From: Dehalococcoidia bacterium
GTDB lineage: Bacteria; Chloroflexota; Dehalococcoidia; Plut-88900
DNA length: 64,000 nt
Reading direction: 5' to 3'
NCBI GenBank assembly: GCA_965207225.1
Contig: CBDBLV010000005.1
Coordinates: 992,001 to 1,056,000, forward strand
The translations under genes were made by a program, and so were the position numbers. Numbering within the stretch: position 1 is the first letter of the stretch; every line of letters begins with the position of its first letter. Below are positions 41,725-51,178 of this stretch, piece after piece. The notes beneath the pieces were generated by a model that saw nothing but the letters and a program-made list of their open reading frames with translations, was not told where the DNA came from and searched no databases.

Positions 41725-43344
41725 CTAGCGCCGGGACCGTGACGGGTTAGGGAACGCTCCAAAATTGCTCGGCCCCCCACCGGTTCCCTGACCTCTTCCT
41801 TTCTTTCCACCCTTCCGTTTCTTGCCCTTGGACTTGCCTCCACCGCGGCCCGGAATGAAGATGTCCAGGTCCTCGGCGAACCTCAACTCCGTTGCCGGAC
41901 GGTAGATTTCCTGCTCCGTGCTTGGCCAAATGTCCTCTATTGCCTGGGGAACGGCCTCGGGGAATTCGGGTTCCGAGAAGCCATCCAGGTCCGGCTCGAT
42001 GTCGTCGATGGCGGTCATCTCGGCTACCGGGACCAGTTCCTCGGGCACGGCAACTTCTTCGACCGCCACCGGTTCCGGCGCCTCTGCCTCGACGGGTTCA
42101 TCAGCGAGGGCGGCAGCGGCCTCTTCGGCGACTGCAACAGCCTCTTCAATTACTTCGGCTGCGGCTGGGACGGCTTCCACCGGTTCGGGAGTCTCAGCCT
42201 CAATTGCGGTGGCCTCTGCTTCTACGGCTACCGGCTCGGGGGTGGGCTCCTCCACCTTGGGCGCCGGCTGAGTCAGGGCTGCTATGGCGGCCGCCCGGAT
42301 CTTGCTTTCTCCGGCATCGCTCACACCCTTGATGTCAATTCTCCATCCTGTGAGCTTGGCCGCTAGCCTGGCATTTTGCCCTTCCTTGCCTATGGCCAGG
42401 GAGAGGTGTCGGTCTGCCACCACCACTACGGCCGATTCCTCTTCCTCTTCAATCTCCACCCGAGCAACCTGTGCGGGACTCAGAGAGTTTGCGATGAAAA
42501 TCGAGGGGTCTCTGTCCCATTGCACTACGTCGATTTTCTCGCCGTGGAGCTCGTTGACTATGTTCTGTATGCGGATGCCCCGCAGTCCCACGCAGGAGCC
42601 CACCGGGTCTATGCCTTCCTGCCTCGCCGAGACGGCGACCTTGGTCCGGTATCCCGCCTCCCGGGCTATGGACCGTATCTCGACGGTGCCGTTGTAGACC
42701 TCCGGGACTTCAAGCTCGAAGAGGCGTTTCACGAGGTCTTTGTGGGTACGGGAGACGATGACCTGGGGGCCCTTCACACTGCGGCTGACCTCCAGAACCA
42801 GCACCTTCATCCTCTGTCCCGGGCGGCAACGCTCGGTGGGGGGAATCTCGGGTGCGGGCATGACCGCTTCCGTCTTGTCTATGTCGACGATCACCTGCCT
42901 GGGCTCGAGGCGCTGCACTATGGAGCTGGCGATCTCGCCTTCCCGCTCGGAGAACTCCTGGTAGACGAGCTCCCGCTCCGCCTCCCTGAGCCGCTGCATG
43001 ACGACCTGCTTGGCAGTCTGCGCTGCGATGCGGCCCGCAAACTGGCCAGTCGCCTCAATCTCTATGACATCCCCAACGGCGGCGCCCTTCTGGTATTTGC
43101 CTGCTTCCTTCGGGGTGATTTCGAGCTCGGAGTCGGCCACTTCTTCGACGACCGTCTTCAGGGTGGCGACCTTCACCTCGCCGCTGTTGGGGAGGATCTT
43201 GACCGACAGGTTCTGACCGGAAGTCTCGCCTTCTCTCTTGTACACGGAAACGAGGGCTGCTTCGATGGCGGAGATCACCACTTCGCGCGGCAGGTTTCTC
43301 TCAGAGGCAAGCTGAGTTACCGCGATTAGAAAATCGCTCTTCAT
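41725..43344 (-). CDS. nusA: transcription termination/antitermination factor NusA
   Basis: GRIAAQTAKQV, EVPE, AREAG.RTKVAV, AIGKEGQNARLAAKLTGW. Confidence 0.97.
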   Translation of the reverse strand: MKSDFLIAVTQLASERNLPREVVISAIEAALVSVYKREGETSGQNLSVKILPNSGEVKVATLKTVVEEVADSELEITPKEAGKYQKGAAVGDVIEIEATGQFAGRIAAQTAKQVVMQRLREAERELVYQEFSEREGEIASSIVQRLEPRQVIVDIDKTEAVMPAPEIPPTERCRPGQRMKVLVLEVSRSVKGPQVIVSRTHKDLVKRLFELEVPEVYNGTVEIRSIAREAGYRTKVAVSARQEGIDPVGSCVGLRGIRIQNIVNELHGEKIDVVQWDRDPSIFIANSLSPAQVARVEIEEEEESAVVVVADRHLSLAIGKEGQNARLAAKLTGWRIDIKGVSDAGESKIRAAAIAALTQPAPKVEEPTPEPVAVEAEATAIEAETPEPVEAVPAAAEVIEEAVAVAEEAAAALADEPVEAEAPEPVAVEEVAVPEELVPVAEMTAIDDIEPDLDGFSEPEFPEAVPQAIEDIWPSTEQEIYRPATELRFAEDLDIFIPGRGGGKSKGKKRKGGKKGRGQGTGGGPSNFGAFPNPSRSRR

Positions 43345-43383
43345 ACCGGCCGTACCCTCCAATCCCGACTTCTGGCCGCTATT

Positions 43384-43407
43384 AAAAAAAGTGGGTTGCG
43401 CCCACTT
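43384..43407 (-). terminator. leader terminator/attenuator upstream of nusA
   Basis: AAGTGGG-CGCAA-CCCACTT-TTTTT downstream of the promoter TTGCAA-18-TATAAT (43463-43434). Confidence 0.8.
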
Positions 43408-43556
43408 CCTGCTACGGACCTTAAGTTGGTGGGATTATATCAGAGCCATAAGACTCCTTGCAAGGCCGTGCACCCGTTCGGCGGGGTTGGTTACGGGCCG
43501 GTTTTTTCTTCAGTTGTGGGGTTTTCATTTTCGTTTTGTCCGTTTTGGAGGGGGTC

Positions 43557-44043
43557 GGCGATGGAAGGTCCGGGACTCGGTTTCAGGGGGCGGGAGGCCA
43601 GCCTGGTTCAGCCCCGTGTTCCTGTGTCACATGGCAGACAAGCGAGGGGTTCTCGCCAGAGGGCATCTCTACCACCAGTTTTTCAGTTTGGCTCGACCCA
43701 CTCGGAGGGGTGGGGAACACGTTTTCTCGCTGCCGTCGCTGGGTTAAGGGGAATCTCCGAGGGGAACGACGGGGGAGATTTTTCCAAGGGCCATAAGGCC
43801 CGAGGTTTTTCGGCAGGGCTCCTATATGAGGAGCGTGCCGTTTAATGTTGTGGACCTTCCATCGCCTGGAAGGTCAGGGAAGGGGCACGGGACCCGTGGT
43901 GAGGAGACAACGCCGTTGGCTTGGGCCGCGGGCCTGCGCGAGGGCCTTTGGGCTGGGTCGGGGCGTTGAGTCCTCGGGGTCGGGTCTCGGGGGCTTCCCT
44001 GGGTTTTTGGATCCTCCTTAAGGTTGGTGTCGGGTCTAGACTT
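43557..44043 (-). ncRNA. candidate large structured ncRNA, copy 2 (class unknown)
   Basis: Perfect 15 bp helix 43852-43866 with 43557-43571; one kissing-loop module; homologous to the 13 kb locus. Confidence 0.6.
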
Positions 44044-44049
44044 AGAACA

Positions 44050-44078
44050 AATATAAAGCTCAAATGTTTACATGTCAA
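44050..44078 (-). promoter_or_regulatory. sigma70 promoter TTGACA-17-TATATT
   Basis: Near-consensus hexamers at 17 bp spacing, directed into ncRNA copy 2. Confidence 0.75.
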
Positions 44079-44121
44079 GGGGCATGTCACAATTTTGTGG
44101 GAATATCCCCCCGGCCCCCAA

Positions 44122-44246
44122 GGGAACCCTCACCCCCTGTATCCCCCTCTCCCTTATAGGCCCTAAGGGAGAGGGGGAAAGAAGAACAGAGGCAGGCGTG
44201 GGTGCAACGCACCCACGCCTGCCTCTAGTTCAATACTGGGGAGAAG
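44122..44246 (-). repeat. composite palindromic repeat, copy C
   Basis: Reverse complement matches copies A and B; central hairpin AGAGGCAGGCGTGGGTGC/GCACCCACGCCTGCCTCT. Confidence 0.9.
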
Positions 44247-44368
44247 GGAGGGGAAGAGTGAAAAACAGGGGATATACCTGCCCCAACATCTGCCTTTAGT
44301 TTTGTACTAGGGAAGATGGGGGTGGTTCAGTCCTGAAAAAGCGATCCAAGTCTTAGCGTGGGTGGCGT

Positions 44369-44396
44369 CCAGGGTACCCACAAGGGGCACCCCTAC
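44369..44396 (-). repeat. GTAG-type REP element
   Basis: Minus strand GTAGGGGTGCCCCTTGTGGGTACCC: GTAG tetranucleotide plus imperfect hairpin. Confidence 0.55.
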
Positions 44397-44492
44397 AGGG
44401 GAGGGGTATGCACCCGGAGCCACGGAGGAGGCCTCATGGCCAAACTCCTGGATTTCAGGCTTTGTTGACTGCCCAAAACCCCTTTGCTAGAC

Positions 44493-46157
44493 TCAATTCG
44501 CCCGGGCGGTTAGCTCAGTTGGTGAGAGCGCTGCGTTGACATCGCAGAGGTCACTGGTTCGAGTCCAGTATCGCCCACCAGACTTGACGGTAGACAGAAC
44601 CGGGGCGTGGAGAGCCACCTCCTCGGCGTCCCTTCCCCCTATGGGAGCATCCTCCGGCATGGGTATGGAATAGCGCAGCAAAGCGTTGCCGGGCATCACC
44701 ACGATCTCCTTGACGAAGGACTCGATGAAGGCTCTACGCTCGGTCAGTTCGCTCTCGTTGAGGAACCTGCTCATGTCCAGGGCGTAGGCCGTGATGGTCT
44801 CCACGTCGTCCAGCACCTCCCTGCGCTGGGAGAGGATGGCCCTAGCCTCCTGTGCTGAAGTCTCCAGCTTCTCCTGGCGCTCCCGGTGGTCTCTGATGCG
44901 GGGCTTGAAGTCCTCGATGTCCAGGTCCGTGGTCTCCGCCAGGTCGTAGAGCCGTCCCAGCCTGCGCTTCACGTCCTCAAGTGCCGCCTCGATGGTCTGA
45001 AGCTTCTGGCGCTGCTCCCTGGCGATGCCGTCCATCTCCTCGTCCACCAGCTTCACCAACTCCCGGATGTTGGACTCGGTGAGCACGTTCTCCCGTATCT
45101 TGCCCATCACCATCTCCTCGAAGCGACGGGCGTTGAGCCTGGGGGTCTCGCAGGCGTCCCTGCCCCGCTTCATGATGGACTGGCAGACGTAGTAGGCGTA
45201 CTTCCCGCTCTTGGCGTCCTGGCCGCTGAGTGCTCCGTCGCACGCCTTACACTTGACCATCCCGCTGAGCAAGTAGGTGCTCCCCACACGGCGGGGATGG
45301 GTCCGCTTGGGAGCCCTTCTGCGCATCCGACTGTTCACCCTCTTGAACTGGGCCTTGGAGATGATTCCGGGGAACGCCTTGTCCACCCGTACCGGCTCGG
45401 CCTTGTCCTTCCCGCCGACGCCCCAGAGGAGGGTTCCCGTATAGGCTTCGTTGCGGAGGATGATGTGGACGCCGTTCTTGGACCAGAGCCTCCCCGTGGG
45501 GTTGGCGATGCCCTCGGCGTTGAGGGTCTGGGCGATGTCCAGGATGCCCCTTCCCGACTCGGCCATGGAGAAGATGCGCTGCACCACGGGAGCGGTGGCG
45601 GGATCGGGTTCCAGCGTAGGGCGCTTCTTGGCCCCGTCCTGCACCATGCGCTTCTGGTAGCCGTAGGGCACCCTGCTGGCAACCCAGAAGCCGCGGGAGG
45701 CGGCCTCCCGCATTCCCCGTCGAACCTCCTCGGCCAAATTCTCCGAGTAAAACTCGTCCACGGACTCGATGATGGCCTCCATGAGCCTGCCGGTGGCGGA
45801 GTCGTCGGCGTGCTCGGTGATGGAGACGACGCGGACGCCCTTCCTTCTCAGCATGGACTTGAAGGCGACGGCGTGCTCCCGCTTGCGGGTGAACCTCGAA
45901 AACTTCCAGACCAAAATCTCCGCAAACGGGGCCTCCGGCTTGCTGGCCTCGTCCAGCATCTTGCGGAACTCCGGCCTGTCGGCGATGCGTCCGCTCTCAG
46001 CCTCGTCGATGTACTCCCGTGCCACGACGTAGCCGTTCTTGTCGGCGTAGTCGCGCAATGCCCGCAGCTGGGCGGCGACGGACAGGTCCACGTCCTGGCG
46101 GTCGCTGGAGACCCTGGCGTACAGGGCCACGGGAGTCGGGGTTGTTTCGTTAATCAT
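44493..46157 (-). CDS. large serine recombinase (integrase)
   Basis: YARVSS catalytic motif, recombinase domain (PYGY), zinc ribbon, coiled coil; 3' end runs antisense through the tRNA. Confidence 0.95.
   Translation of the reverse strand: MINETTPTPVALYARVSSDRQDVDLSVAAQLRALRDYADKNGYVVAREYIDEAESGRIADRPEFRKMLDEASKPEAPFAEILVWKFSRFTRKREHAVAFKSMLRRKGVRVVSITEHADDSATGRLMEAIIESVDEFYSENLAEEVRRGMREAASRGFWVASRVPYGYQKRMVQDGAKKRPTLEPDPATAPVVQRIFSMAESGRGILDIAQTLNAEGIANPTGRLWSKNGVHIILRNEAYTGTLLWGVGGKDKAEPVRVDKAFPGIISKAQFKRVNSRMRRRAPKRTHPRRVGSTYLLSGMVKCKACDGALSGQDAKSGKYAYYVCQSIMKRGRDACETPRLNARRFEEMVMGKIRENVLTESNIRELVKLVDEEMDGIAREQRQKLQTIEAALEDVKRRLGRLYDLAETTDLDIEDFKPRIRDHRERQEKLETSAQEARAILSQRREVLDDVETITAYALDMSRFLNESELTERRAFIESFVKEIVVMPGNALLRYSIPMPEDAPIGGRDAEEVALHAPVLSTVKSGGRYWTRTSDLCDVNAALSPTELTARAN
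44504..44580 (+). tRNA. tRNA-Val(GAC), integration target
   Basis: GGGCGGTTAGCTCAG...TTGACAT...TTCGAGTCC...CCCACCA; promoter TTGACT-17-TAGACT at 44465. Confidence 0.96.
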
Positions 46158-46384
46158 GCCTGTCCTCCTTCGTCTTGGTCGGTCTTTGCAACCGTGCGGG
46201 AGCGCAGTCTCTCCAATCGCTCCCGTCTGCGCCACTCCCGCTCCTCCATGAACAGGCGTATACCCTGCCGGAGGAGCTCGCTCACGGAGAGGTCGTCCTC
46301 ACGCATCACCCTCCGCACCTGGGCTTCCATCTCCGGGGGCAGCGAGAAGGTGATGGTCTTGGATCGTCGGGTACTGGTCGGCAT
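46154..46384 (-). CDS. ribbon-helix-helix (CopG-like) regulator
   Basis: ITFSLPPEM...SVSELLRQGIR; ATGA-coupled to the recombinase. Confidence 0.85.
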   Translation of the reverse strand: MPTSTRRSKTITFSLPPEMEAQVRRVMREDDLSVSELLRQGIRLFMEEREWRRRERLERLRSRTVAKTDQDEGGQA

Positions 46385-46477
46385 AGTCTCTCTAGGCTCG
46401 CATCCTATATTGCATTGTCTTACTCTACACTATCGGACGTCCAGCTTCAACTGCAATGGCCGTGGACGAGGCCGAAC

Positions 46478-48145
46478 TCATGGCCTTCCCATGAAGGCAT
46501 GGCTGGGTTCCATCACGTCGGGATTGCGCCAGGCTTTGCCCAGCGGCCCCATCTTCTCCAGTCTCTCCCTATGGGACACCCAAAGGGGCACCCCGACCTT
46601 GGCGCGTTCCATCTCCCTGCGAGCCACACCGAGGAAGTTGGCCTCGGCCAGGGGGTCGTCGAAGACGATCAGCACCATAGGCCGGTGTCCGTGGTCTTCC
46701 AGGGGCCGGTTGGAGGAGTAGTACCGCAGGTAGGGTGCGAGGCGGGAGGACATGGTGGACGGGTTCGCAGCCCGGCGCTCGTACTCAAGGAAGAAGGGGA
46801 AGGTTTTGCTCCCGGTCTGCACCACGCCGAAGCCGTCGGGATGGACGGAGCGGAGGCTGCCGCCGTACCGGAAGTACCGGACGGCGTGATGGGGTGGCGC
46901 AACCTGCACCACTCGGTAGCCCTTTGTCCCCTTCGCCTGCCGCTCCAGCGCAGCCATGAACCGGTGCACCGCCTGAGTGTGGTCGATGGTGCGGGCCAGG
47001 GGACGGCTTCGAGCGCCCGGCAGGTCTCGCCAGGATGATGGACTCTCGTCGTCCATCGGTTCGACGCTCCAGCGGCGTACGGCAGTGCCCACGGAGGCCC
47101 GGTCCCTGCGGGCCAGGACGGCCAGCCCTCCATCGCTGAGGGCATAGCGGCGCTGGCCTGCAAAATTAGCCGGCGCGACCAAATCCAACCTGTTCAGACG
47201 CGCGGCCAGCCTCCACGTACGGGAGTCGGAGAGACCAAGGATGCCCGACAGGTCTTCGACGGTGACCAGGGGCCAATCGGCGAGGCAGTCCAGCATCCGC
47301 TTCTCGGCGGGCTTGAGGGCGGCGGGGAGCAGGTGGTCGGCGACGTTATCGTCAATATCGCGCAGGTCGGCGTCGTCGGGCAGAGAGAGCCTCGAAGTTG
47401 GTCGTCCCCAGGGCAACGTACCGCCTGGCCGTAGGTGAGCGAAGACTTCTCCAAGGGACAACCTCGCAGGAGCGGAGGTGGCGTGCCACACCCTATCTTC
47501 GGCCAACAGCCGAGCAGTATCCCGCTCAAGGGCCAGGTACACCGGGCCGGGATAGGGAACCAACAGCCGCCGCGCCTGGCGCAGCCTCGGCTCGTCGGGC
47601 ATCAGTGCAAGCAGGGCGCGGGGCCTGGACTGCTCCGGGTCCAGGAGGCGGCGCACCCGGTCGGAGAAGGCCGTCCGGTCAACGGTGGGACCCTGCCGCA
47701 GCACGCCGAAGGTCCGTTTGTCGGGGAGCAGCATGGCGGCGTCCAGTGGAGCGGCCCGATACCACCTGAAGCGGGGAGGGCCGACCGCGTCCGCCACCGC
47801 CGATGTCAGCCGGTAGACAACCGCCAAAGCGTCCAGCCGCGCCAGGAGGATGCGCCGCCAGTGGGCCGAGACCGGATGCGTGCGCAGCAGGCGCTCGATG
47901 CCGGTCCCGTTCTCCGAGGCGAGCAATTGCAGTCCCTCTGAGGTAGCGTACCAGCGGCGCGTGGTCGGCGTTAGGGGAGAGGCGTGGCGCACGAAGCTGG
48001 CAAGACCGGCCCGCTCAAGGCTCCTCAGGGCGACGTGGGCGGCCTCTTCGTAGATGCCGGAGACGGAGGCAAGCTCCAGACGGTCCAGGAAGGGCATTGC
48101 CGCCAGGGTTCGCAGAGCCAGCCCCTCCCGCTCCTTCGCCCTCAT
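46478..48145 (-). CDS. replication-relaxation family protein (HTH + PD-(D/E)XK, duplicated)
   Basis: C-half has H...PDG...FLEYER; coupled to the VirD4-like gene. Confidence 0.75.
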   Translation of the reverse strand: MRAKEREGLALRTLAAMPFLDRLELASVSGIYEEAAHVALRSLERAGLASFVRHASPLTPTTRRWYATSEGLQLLASENGTGIERLLRTHPVSAHWRRILLARLDALAVVYRLTSAVADAVGPPRFRWYRAAPLDAAMLLPDKRTFGVLRQGPTVDRTAFSDRVRRLLDPEQSRPRALLALMPDEPRLRQARRLLVPYPGPVYLALERDTARLLAEDRVWHATSAPARLSLGEVFAHLRPGGTLPWGRPTSRLSLPDDADLRDIDDNVADHLLPAALKPAEKRMLDCLADWPLVTVEDLSGILGLSDSRTWRLAARLNRLDLVAPANFAGQRRYALSDGGLAVLARRDRASVGTAVRRWSVEPMDDESPSSWRDLPGARSRPLARTIDHTQAVHRFMAALERQAKGTKGYRVVQVAPPHHAVRYFRYGGSLRSVHPDGFGVVQTGSKTFPFFLEYERRAANPSTMSSRLAPYLRYYSSNRPLEDHGHRPMVLIVFDDPLAEANFLGVARREMERAKVGVPLWVSHRERLEKMGPLGKAWRNPDVMEPSHAFMGRP

Positions 48146-50796
48146 TCATCCCTTGCCGTGCCGACGTAAGCGCCGGGAACGTCCTGGTTGCCGCCCCCGC
48201 GCCGCTTGCGCGGCCTCTTCTTCTTGGGATTGGGCTGGGTTCCTGGACCGGGCTGGCTTGCCGTCCCGTTGACAGCGCTGGGAGGCGGCGAGGCTCCACC
48301 CACCCGCTGCTGTTGCTGTTGTTCCTCCTCCTCACGCTCCAGTTCATCCCGGTACGCCTGCGCCATCTTATCGACCTCTGGGTCCTGGGAGGCGATGACC
48401 TCCGCCGTGGTCGTGTACGTCTCGGCCCGCGCCTTCACCCGCTCCTCGGCCGCCGGACTCCCCGCCTCGGGCTCACGCACCCCCAAGGAGTAGGTGGGCT
48501 GTCTCAGCCCGTCCACCGTGGCTCTGACGTAGCAGTGGTGCGTCGGCAGCGACACCAGGTCCTCCTCGTCCAACCTGTCCCGGTCAAGCTCGCCTATCAG
48601 CTGCCGGGCGTCGGACGCCGCCACCTGGAACACCGCGAGACATCCCACGTTGGCAAGCAGGGTGTCCTGCATGGTGTCCGACAGCTCCTTCAGCCTCGCC
48701 AGGCTCTGGGTGGCCAGGATGAAGCTGGCCCCGAACTTGCCAAGCTCCGAGAGCATCGACTCGTAGTCCACGCCGGGCATGGCCTGCATCTCGTCCACCA
48801 CCACCAGAGCCCCGCGCCTCTCCCCAGGCGGCAGGCTGCCCTGCTCCCTTATCACCGCGTCCGTCAGGTTGAGCAAAGAGCCTCCCACCAGGCCGGACAC
48901 GTCCTGCCCCGCAGCCGACTGGGAGGTGGCGACCAAGAGCACGCCGCCCTCGGCTATGACCTTCCGCAGGTCCAGGGTGGAGCGGCGCTGCCCCAGGATG
49001 GCCCTGGCCTTCTTCGAAGTGGCGTAGTAGGCCAGGCGGGTCTGCACCGGGGCGACGGCGTCGGCCTTCAGGGTGCGGGTCCAGTTGCGGAAGTCCCTGG
49101 CCCACCAACCGATGACGTAGGGGTCGTCCACCCTCCTCAGCACCCGGTTGCGGTACGCCAGGTCCGACAGCATCCGCAGCCCGTCCAGGATGGTGCACTG
49201 CTCATCCACTCTCGTGTCCGGGTGGGTGTTGTACTCGTGCAGGCTCTTGACCGTGTGCTCCAGGATGGACTGCATCCTCGGCCCCCAGACCTGGTCCCAC
49301 AGCCCCCTGGCGATGCGCACCACAGAGTCGGCCGTGCGGTCCCGGTCGGGGAAGATGCGGGCGTCCAGCAGGTTGATGCCCGGCGAGCGCTCTTCGTTCT
49401 TCAGGTCGATGAGGTACGTCCTGTCCACGATCTCCTCGGGCACGTGCCTGAGCAGGGAGTTCACCAGGTCGTCGTGGGGATCGACCACCACGATGGCGTC
49501 TTCGTTGCGCCCCGCCGCCTTCTCCCGCATCTTGTGAACGACCAGGTGGTGCATCAGCGTGGACTTGCCCATGCGGGTGCGGGCCACGTAGAGGTGGTGA
49601 CGGCCCATGGCGTCGGCGGGGAAGTGCACCTTCCTCGGTTTGCCTACCACCGTGTCTCCCACGTAGGCCCCGCCCGAGCCGTTCCGCGATGAGGGAAACA
49701 GCGCCTTCGCCCCGGTGCGGGCCACCATGGGCAGCTGGTCTCCCGCCCCCAGGGGGTGCCACAGGGAGGCAAGCTCCCGCACTCCCAGCACGTTTCGCCC
49801 CGCCAGCAAGCTCCGCGCCGGCGGTAGCGGCTCGGTCACGGGTACCGCCGGGCGTGCCTTGATCGCCCGGAAGCTGGCCCCGGCGGGGTTGTTGTAGTGG
49901 CTGTAGGCCGCAGCCACGTTGCGCAATAGCTCCCTGGCCCTGTTCTCGGTGCCGTGCTCAGACAGCACGGCGGTCACCTCCAGCTGGGCCTCGTAGGCGA
50001 GTTTGGAGACCTTCTCCTTGATCATCACCGGGTCCTGGTACTTGCCGCCGGAGCGCCACTTCTTGAACCGCCATAACGCCCAGCCCGCCAGCGCCGCCAA
50101 TGACACCACTCCCAATCCCAACAACACCGCCTTCCACGTCTCGCCACGCTGCACCCACAGGTAGCCCTGGAGGGCGGGCAGGGCCAGCAACGCCAGGATG
50201 GTTATGGTGACCGCGTTGGTGCGGTCGATCCTGGGCTGGGCGGAGGAGGCGGACGTGTTGGGGTCGTAGGCGGGCCTGGGGTTCGTCTTCTCCTGGTGGG
50301 CGGCGGACCAGTCCGAGCCCAGCGACGACAGCCGCAGCCGGGCCACCAGCCTCTCCCCCTCCTCCAGGTCGGACAACGAGCCGATGACGGAGATGAGCGG
50401 GTCTGAGCCGGGGTCCAGCAGGTCGTCGTCACGGTAGGGGCGCAGGGGCAGGTACTCCGGCCCCCTGAGCCGCAGGTCCATCGACCACGCCTGCTCCCCT
50501 TCTCTCAGCCTGAGCGGGTCGTCCTCCGGCAAGACCTCGTTCACCCTGGCCTGGGGGTAGTGGACGCCCACCTGCTGGCGGACGAAGGAGCCCTCTCTAC
50601 AACGGGCCAGCAGCGTGACGCCGTCCGGGTCCCCGGCGATCTCCAGCGAGAAGGGCTCGGGGACGGCGATGGACTCCACCAGGTTCTGCACGCCCAGCAT
50701 GGTGCGCTCCCCGGACCGGGGCGGCGTTACGGCCATCAGCTTGACGGCGGGCTTCTCCCCGCCCTTGAACAACTTGGCTATCGGATTGAGTTTCAT
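48142..50796 (-). CDS. VirD4/TraG-like coupling ATPase with two TM helices
   Basis: H.YV.ARTRMGKS Walker A, VVDPHDD, VVDEMQ Walker B, LATQS..L, LANV. Confidence 0.85.
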   Translation of the reverse strand: MKLNPIAKLFKGGEKPAVKLMAVTPPRSGERTMLGVQNLVESIAVPEPFSLEIAGDPDGVTLLARCREGSFVRQQVGVHYPQARVNEVLPEDDPLRLREGEQAWSMDLRLRGPEYLPLRPYRDDDLLDPGSDPLISVIGSLSDLEEGERLVARLRLSSLGSDWSAAHQEKTNPRPAYDPNTSASSAQPRIDRTNAVTITILALLALPALQGYLWVQRGETWKAVLLGLGVVSLAALAGWALWRFKKWRSGGKYQDPVMIKEKVSKLAYEAQLEVTAVLSEHGTENRARELLRNVAAAYSHYNNPAGASFRAIKARPAVPVTEPLPPARSLLAGRNVLGVRELASLWHPLGAGDQLPMVARTGAKALFPSSRNGSGGAYVGDTVVGKPRKVHFPADAMGRHHLYVARTRMGKSTLMHHLVVHKMREKAAGRNEDAIVVVDPHDDLVNSLLRHVPEEIVDRTYLIDLKNEERSPGINLLDARIFPDRDRTADSVVRIARGLWDQVWGPRMQSILEHTVKSLHEYNTHPDTRVDEQCTILDGLRMLSDLAYRNRVLRRVDDPYVIGWWARDFRNWTRTLKADAVAPVQTRLAYYATSKKARAILGQRRSTLDLRKVIAEGGVLLVATSQSAAGQDVSGLVGGSLLNLTDAVIREQGSLPPGERRGALVVVDEMQAMPGVDYESMLSELGKFGASFILATQSLARLKELSDTMQDTLLANVGCLAVFQVAASDARQLIGELDRDRLDEEDLVSLPTHHCYVRATVDGLRQPTYSLGVREPEAGSPAAEERVKARAETYTTTAEVIASQDPEVDKMAQAYRDELEREEEEQQQQQRVGGASPPPSAVNGTASQPGPGTQPNPKKKRPRKRRGGGNQDVPGAYVGTARDE

Positions 50797-51178
50797 GGTG
50801 CATATTCTCCTTATTGTCTAGCGTCACAGCGAAAAGAACGCATGAGCTATTATCGGCCATCCGACACGGGGAAAGCAAGGACCAGATGGCCGCAGAGGAC
50901 GCTCACGACGCACCGACTCGGCCCGCCGCCTGAGCGCGGGCCGAGGAGCCTGACGTGTCGGACTACAATCGCTCAGGGGCGGCTATCGCCCTGGGAGGGC
51001 AGTAAGGAGATTAGGAGCACATTGTAGAATACAATCTCGGTGATATCGGTAGCTGTTTGAAGGGGAATCCGGGATGCCTGTAGACAATCCGGCGAGCAGT
51101 TTTACTGCGGGTCAGTGCTAAGTCTATTGTACTGATTGTATTGTAGTCTGTTGTAGTTTCTGACGCAAGGAGAAGCCA

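Noticed and set aside
44005-44022. GGATCCTCCTTA resembling the 16S rRNA 3' end
   Set aside because: No other rRNA sequence nearby; it is the complement of AAGGAGG in the RNA leader
44040-44075. LexA box in the promoter of RNA copy 2
   Set aside because: Only a GAAC half-site; no GTTC at the 4 bp spacing
44886-46721. 611 aa plus-strand ORF
   Set aside because: Antisense shadow of the recombinase and neighbouring genes
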